The notes under the pieces are model-generated. The model saw nothing but the letters and a program-made list of their open reading frames with translations. It was not told the DNA's origin and did no database searches. From Lama glama (Eukaryota), in assembly GCA_028534125.1 (NCBI GenBank), contig CM052832.1, forward strand, positions 11,720,001 through 11,784,000: 64,000 bases of DNA. Reading direction: 5' to 3'. Both the position numbers and the translations under genes were made by a program. Every line of letters starts with the position of its first letter. The stretch's first letter is position 1. Of this stretch, positions 62,201 through 64,000 are shown piece by piece.

Positions 62201-63485
62201 GCTCCCTCCCCTCCGGCAGGGACCCTCCTCTTCCCCAGTCACTCGGAATGGACAGGAATCATACCCTCTCGGGTCTTTCCCATCACTTGGGGCACTGGAG
62301 AAGCTCCCTGCATTTCAAGGATGTGGAGTCTGCGTGCAGATGTCAGAATACTCTCACTGAAGTTGTTAAGGTCCTCGAAGGAGACCATAAAGAGGAAGCA
62401 AGAGAAAACATGTTCATGATTTGTTTTCACATCAAAGCAGTTGGAGAAAGAGGACAAGAGGAGAAAAGGAGGTGTGTGGAGGAGGGAAGGTACTCCGTGG
62501 ACGCCGTGTGCTGCCCAGGCTCCCCCTCAGGCCCGTGGCTCTCCTCCCAGTATTGGCTGCAATGCTCACATCTGCCCAGCCCCTTGGCCCCTCGGCTCAG
62601 GTGGGGCGGCCTGCAGGGCCACCCCTGCTCCACAGCTCCCATGGGGTGGCTGGGGCCTTTGCTGCCACTGCGTCGCCAACCCTGCCTCCTCCACTCCCCT
62701 GCAGGTGCTGTTCCCGAGAGCTCATCCCAGGACACCTGCACTCAGAGCTCCAGCTCAGTCTGTTTTCAGAGAATCTGACCTAAGATCAGGGAGGGAGCAA
62801 CACGTTCAGTGTTTTTAATGCGTGGATAACTTTTTATCAAATACAGAAAAAGCTCATAGGTCGAAGTCTCTCCAGCCCCGGATAACCCTTGGTGGATTCC
62901 TTATCCATTCAGTATGAGGCATGTTTTTGGATGTATGCTGGAGGTCCTAACTCTCCCCCAAGTGCTGTCCTGTGATATGTTTTTATATCTAAAGCAGGAT
63001 CATTTTTTAAAACCTTAAAAAAAAAACCCTGGAGATTCTATTAGACACCTAGGATTAAGTCACTGAGTCACTTTAACTGCAAGTGGCTTTTTGGCTCTTA
63101 TTTTTCACACTTTTGCTCCTTTTTACCTTTTGCTGAAGTGTGTTCTGTAAGATAACATCTTAGTTACTTTTCCTCCTTTTTGCATGTGGAGAAGGAAGCC
63201 ACCCGACAGGCCAGGGCCAGACCTCGTGTCTTCTCCCTTGGAGCCTAGAGCTAATTCCTCCAGCTCCTTCCTGTTAACAAGGCACCTGCTGGTCTAGAAT
63301 GTTCCAGAAAGCCCAGAAGGAGCATGTTAAATGAACCTACGAATTTCCTTCAAAATTCCTGAATTTTAAATGTACATTTGTCTGCATGCTATACAAATGC
63401 TGTCATTTGCCTGACAGTGTCTCTTCTACGCATGCTTTACTTTTTAAAACAAAATTTTTTTAAGCCAGCATTTTAATTCATTCGG

Positions 63486-63622
63486 GTTTTTTCTGTTTGT
63501 TTTTGGTGTGTGTGGGAGGAGGTAATTAGATTTACTTATTTTTAAAGGAGGTACTGAGGATTGAACCCAGAATCTTGTGCATGCTAAACACACACTCTAC
63601 TGCTTGAGCTATACCCTCCCCT
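63486..63622 (-). mobile_element. VIC-1-like SINE
   Basis: ggaggtaattaga...ggaggtactgaggattgaacccag...gcatgctaa...ctctac..cttgagctataccctcccc. Confidence 0.85.
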
Positions 63623-63789
63623 CTGTGTTTTCCTTTCCATCCAGATAACAAAAGCTCCTCAAATTAACGAGTCAGAGAAACATGGACGCACTATTTTCTG
63701 TGCACAATTATGAATTTTAGAGGTTTATGCCATTAGATTCTGGCTTTAAAAAAAAATCCAAAATTGCCTTGCAAAATTCATCAGAGCAC

Positions 63790-63990
63790 AGACTGGAACC
63801 ATTCAGCGTGGGTTCAAATCCCAGCTCTGTCACTTACTAGCTGGGAAAACTTGGGTGAAATATTTAGCTGCTCTGGGCCTCAGTTTCCTCATCTGTGAAA
63901 TGGAGATTATATCAGACCTCACAGGCTTGGTATAAAGGTTGCAAAAGTCAATTCATCTCACGTGTTTAGACCAGTGCCTGGCACATCTTA
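63790..63990 (+). mobile_element. MIR SINE (further MIR fragments lie near 3450, 25200, 31600, 37520, 38540, 41700, 44900, 45780 and 54800)
   Basis: gggttcaaatcccagctctgtcacttactagctg...gcctcagtttcctcatctgtgaaatgg MIR core. Confidence 0.8.
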
Positions 63991-64000
63991 TGATTGCAAA

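Noticed and set aside
62119..62818. 219-aa ORF and overlapping ORFs
   Set aside because: No recognisable domain or exon structure; consistent with chance.
59300..64000. Possible 3' exons of the neighbouring gene (DNAH8 in human synteny, from memory)
   Set aside because: No dynein-like coding exon recognised in the window.
1..64000. CRISPR arrays, prokaryotic operons, intact retroviral or transposase ORFs, foreign insertions
   Set aside because: None seen; composition and repeats are consistent with ordinary mammalian euchromatin.

Overview
Mammalian genomic DNA, probably camelid, judged from tRNA-derived SINEs resembling the camel/alpaca VIC-1 family. It holds two complete, convergent protein-coding genes. 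SAYSD1 (+) has 2 coding exons (291-497, 5709-6053; 183 aa). GLP1R (-) has 13 coding exons from 49706 to 23016 (1392 nt, 463 aa, all introns GT-AG). Both start in CpG islands. A decayed, near full-length processed RPS2 pseudogene lies about 9 kb upstream of GLP1R. The rest is ordinary intronic and intergenic DNA with L1, L2, MIR, MLT1/ERVL LTRs, hAT MITEs and microsatellites; the other six-frame ORFs look spurious. I found no convincing new biological system. The best leads are a strong-Kozak 4-codon uORF just upstream of the GLP1R start, receptor substitutions relative to human (S33, S445C and others), a probable ~5.2 kb GLP1R 3'UTR, a CTCF-like site between the two 3' ends, candidate intronic enhancers, a 22-bp perfect palindrome in a Z-DNA-type tract, and a fold-back insertion inside an L1. 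Repeat family names and human comparisons are from memory and need database confirmation.
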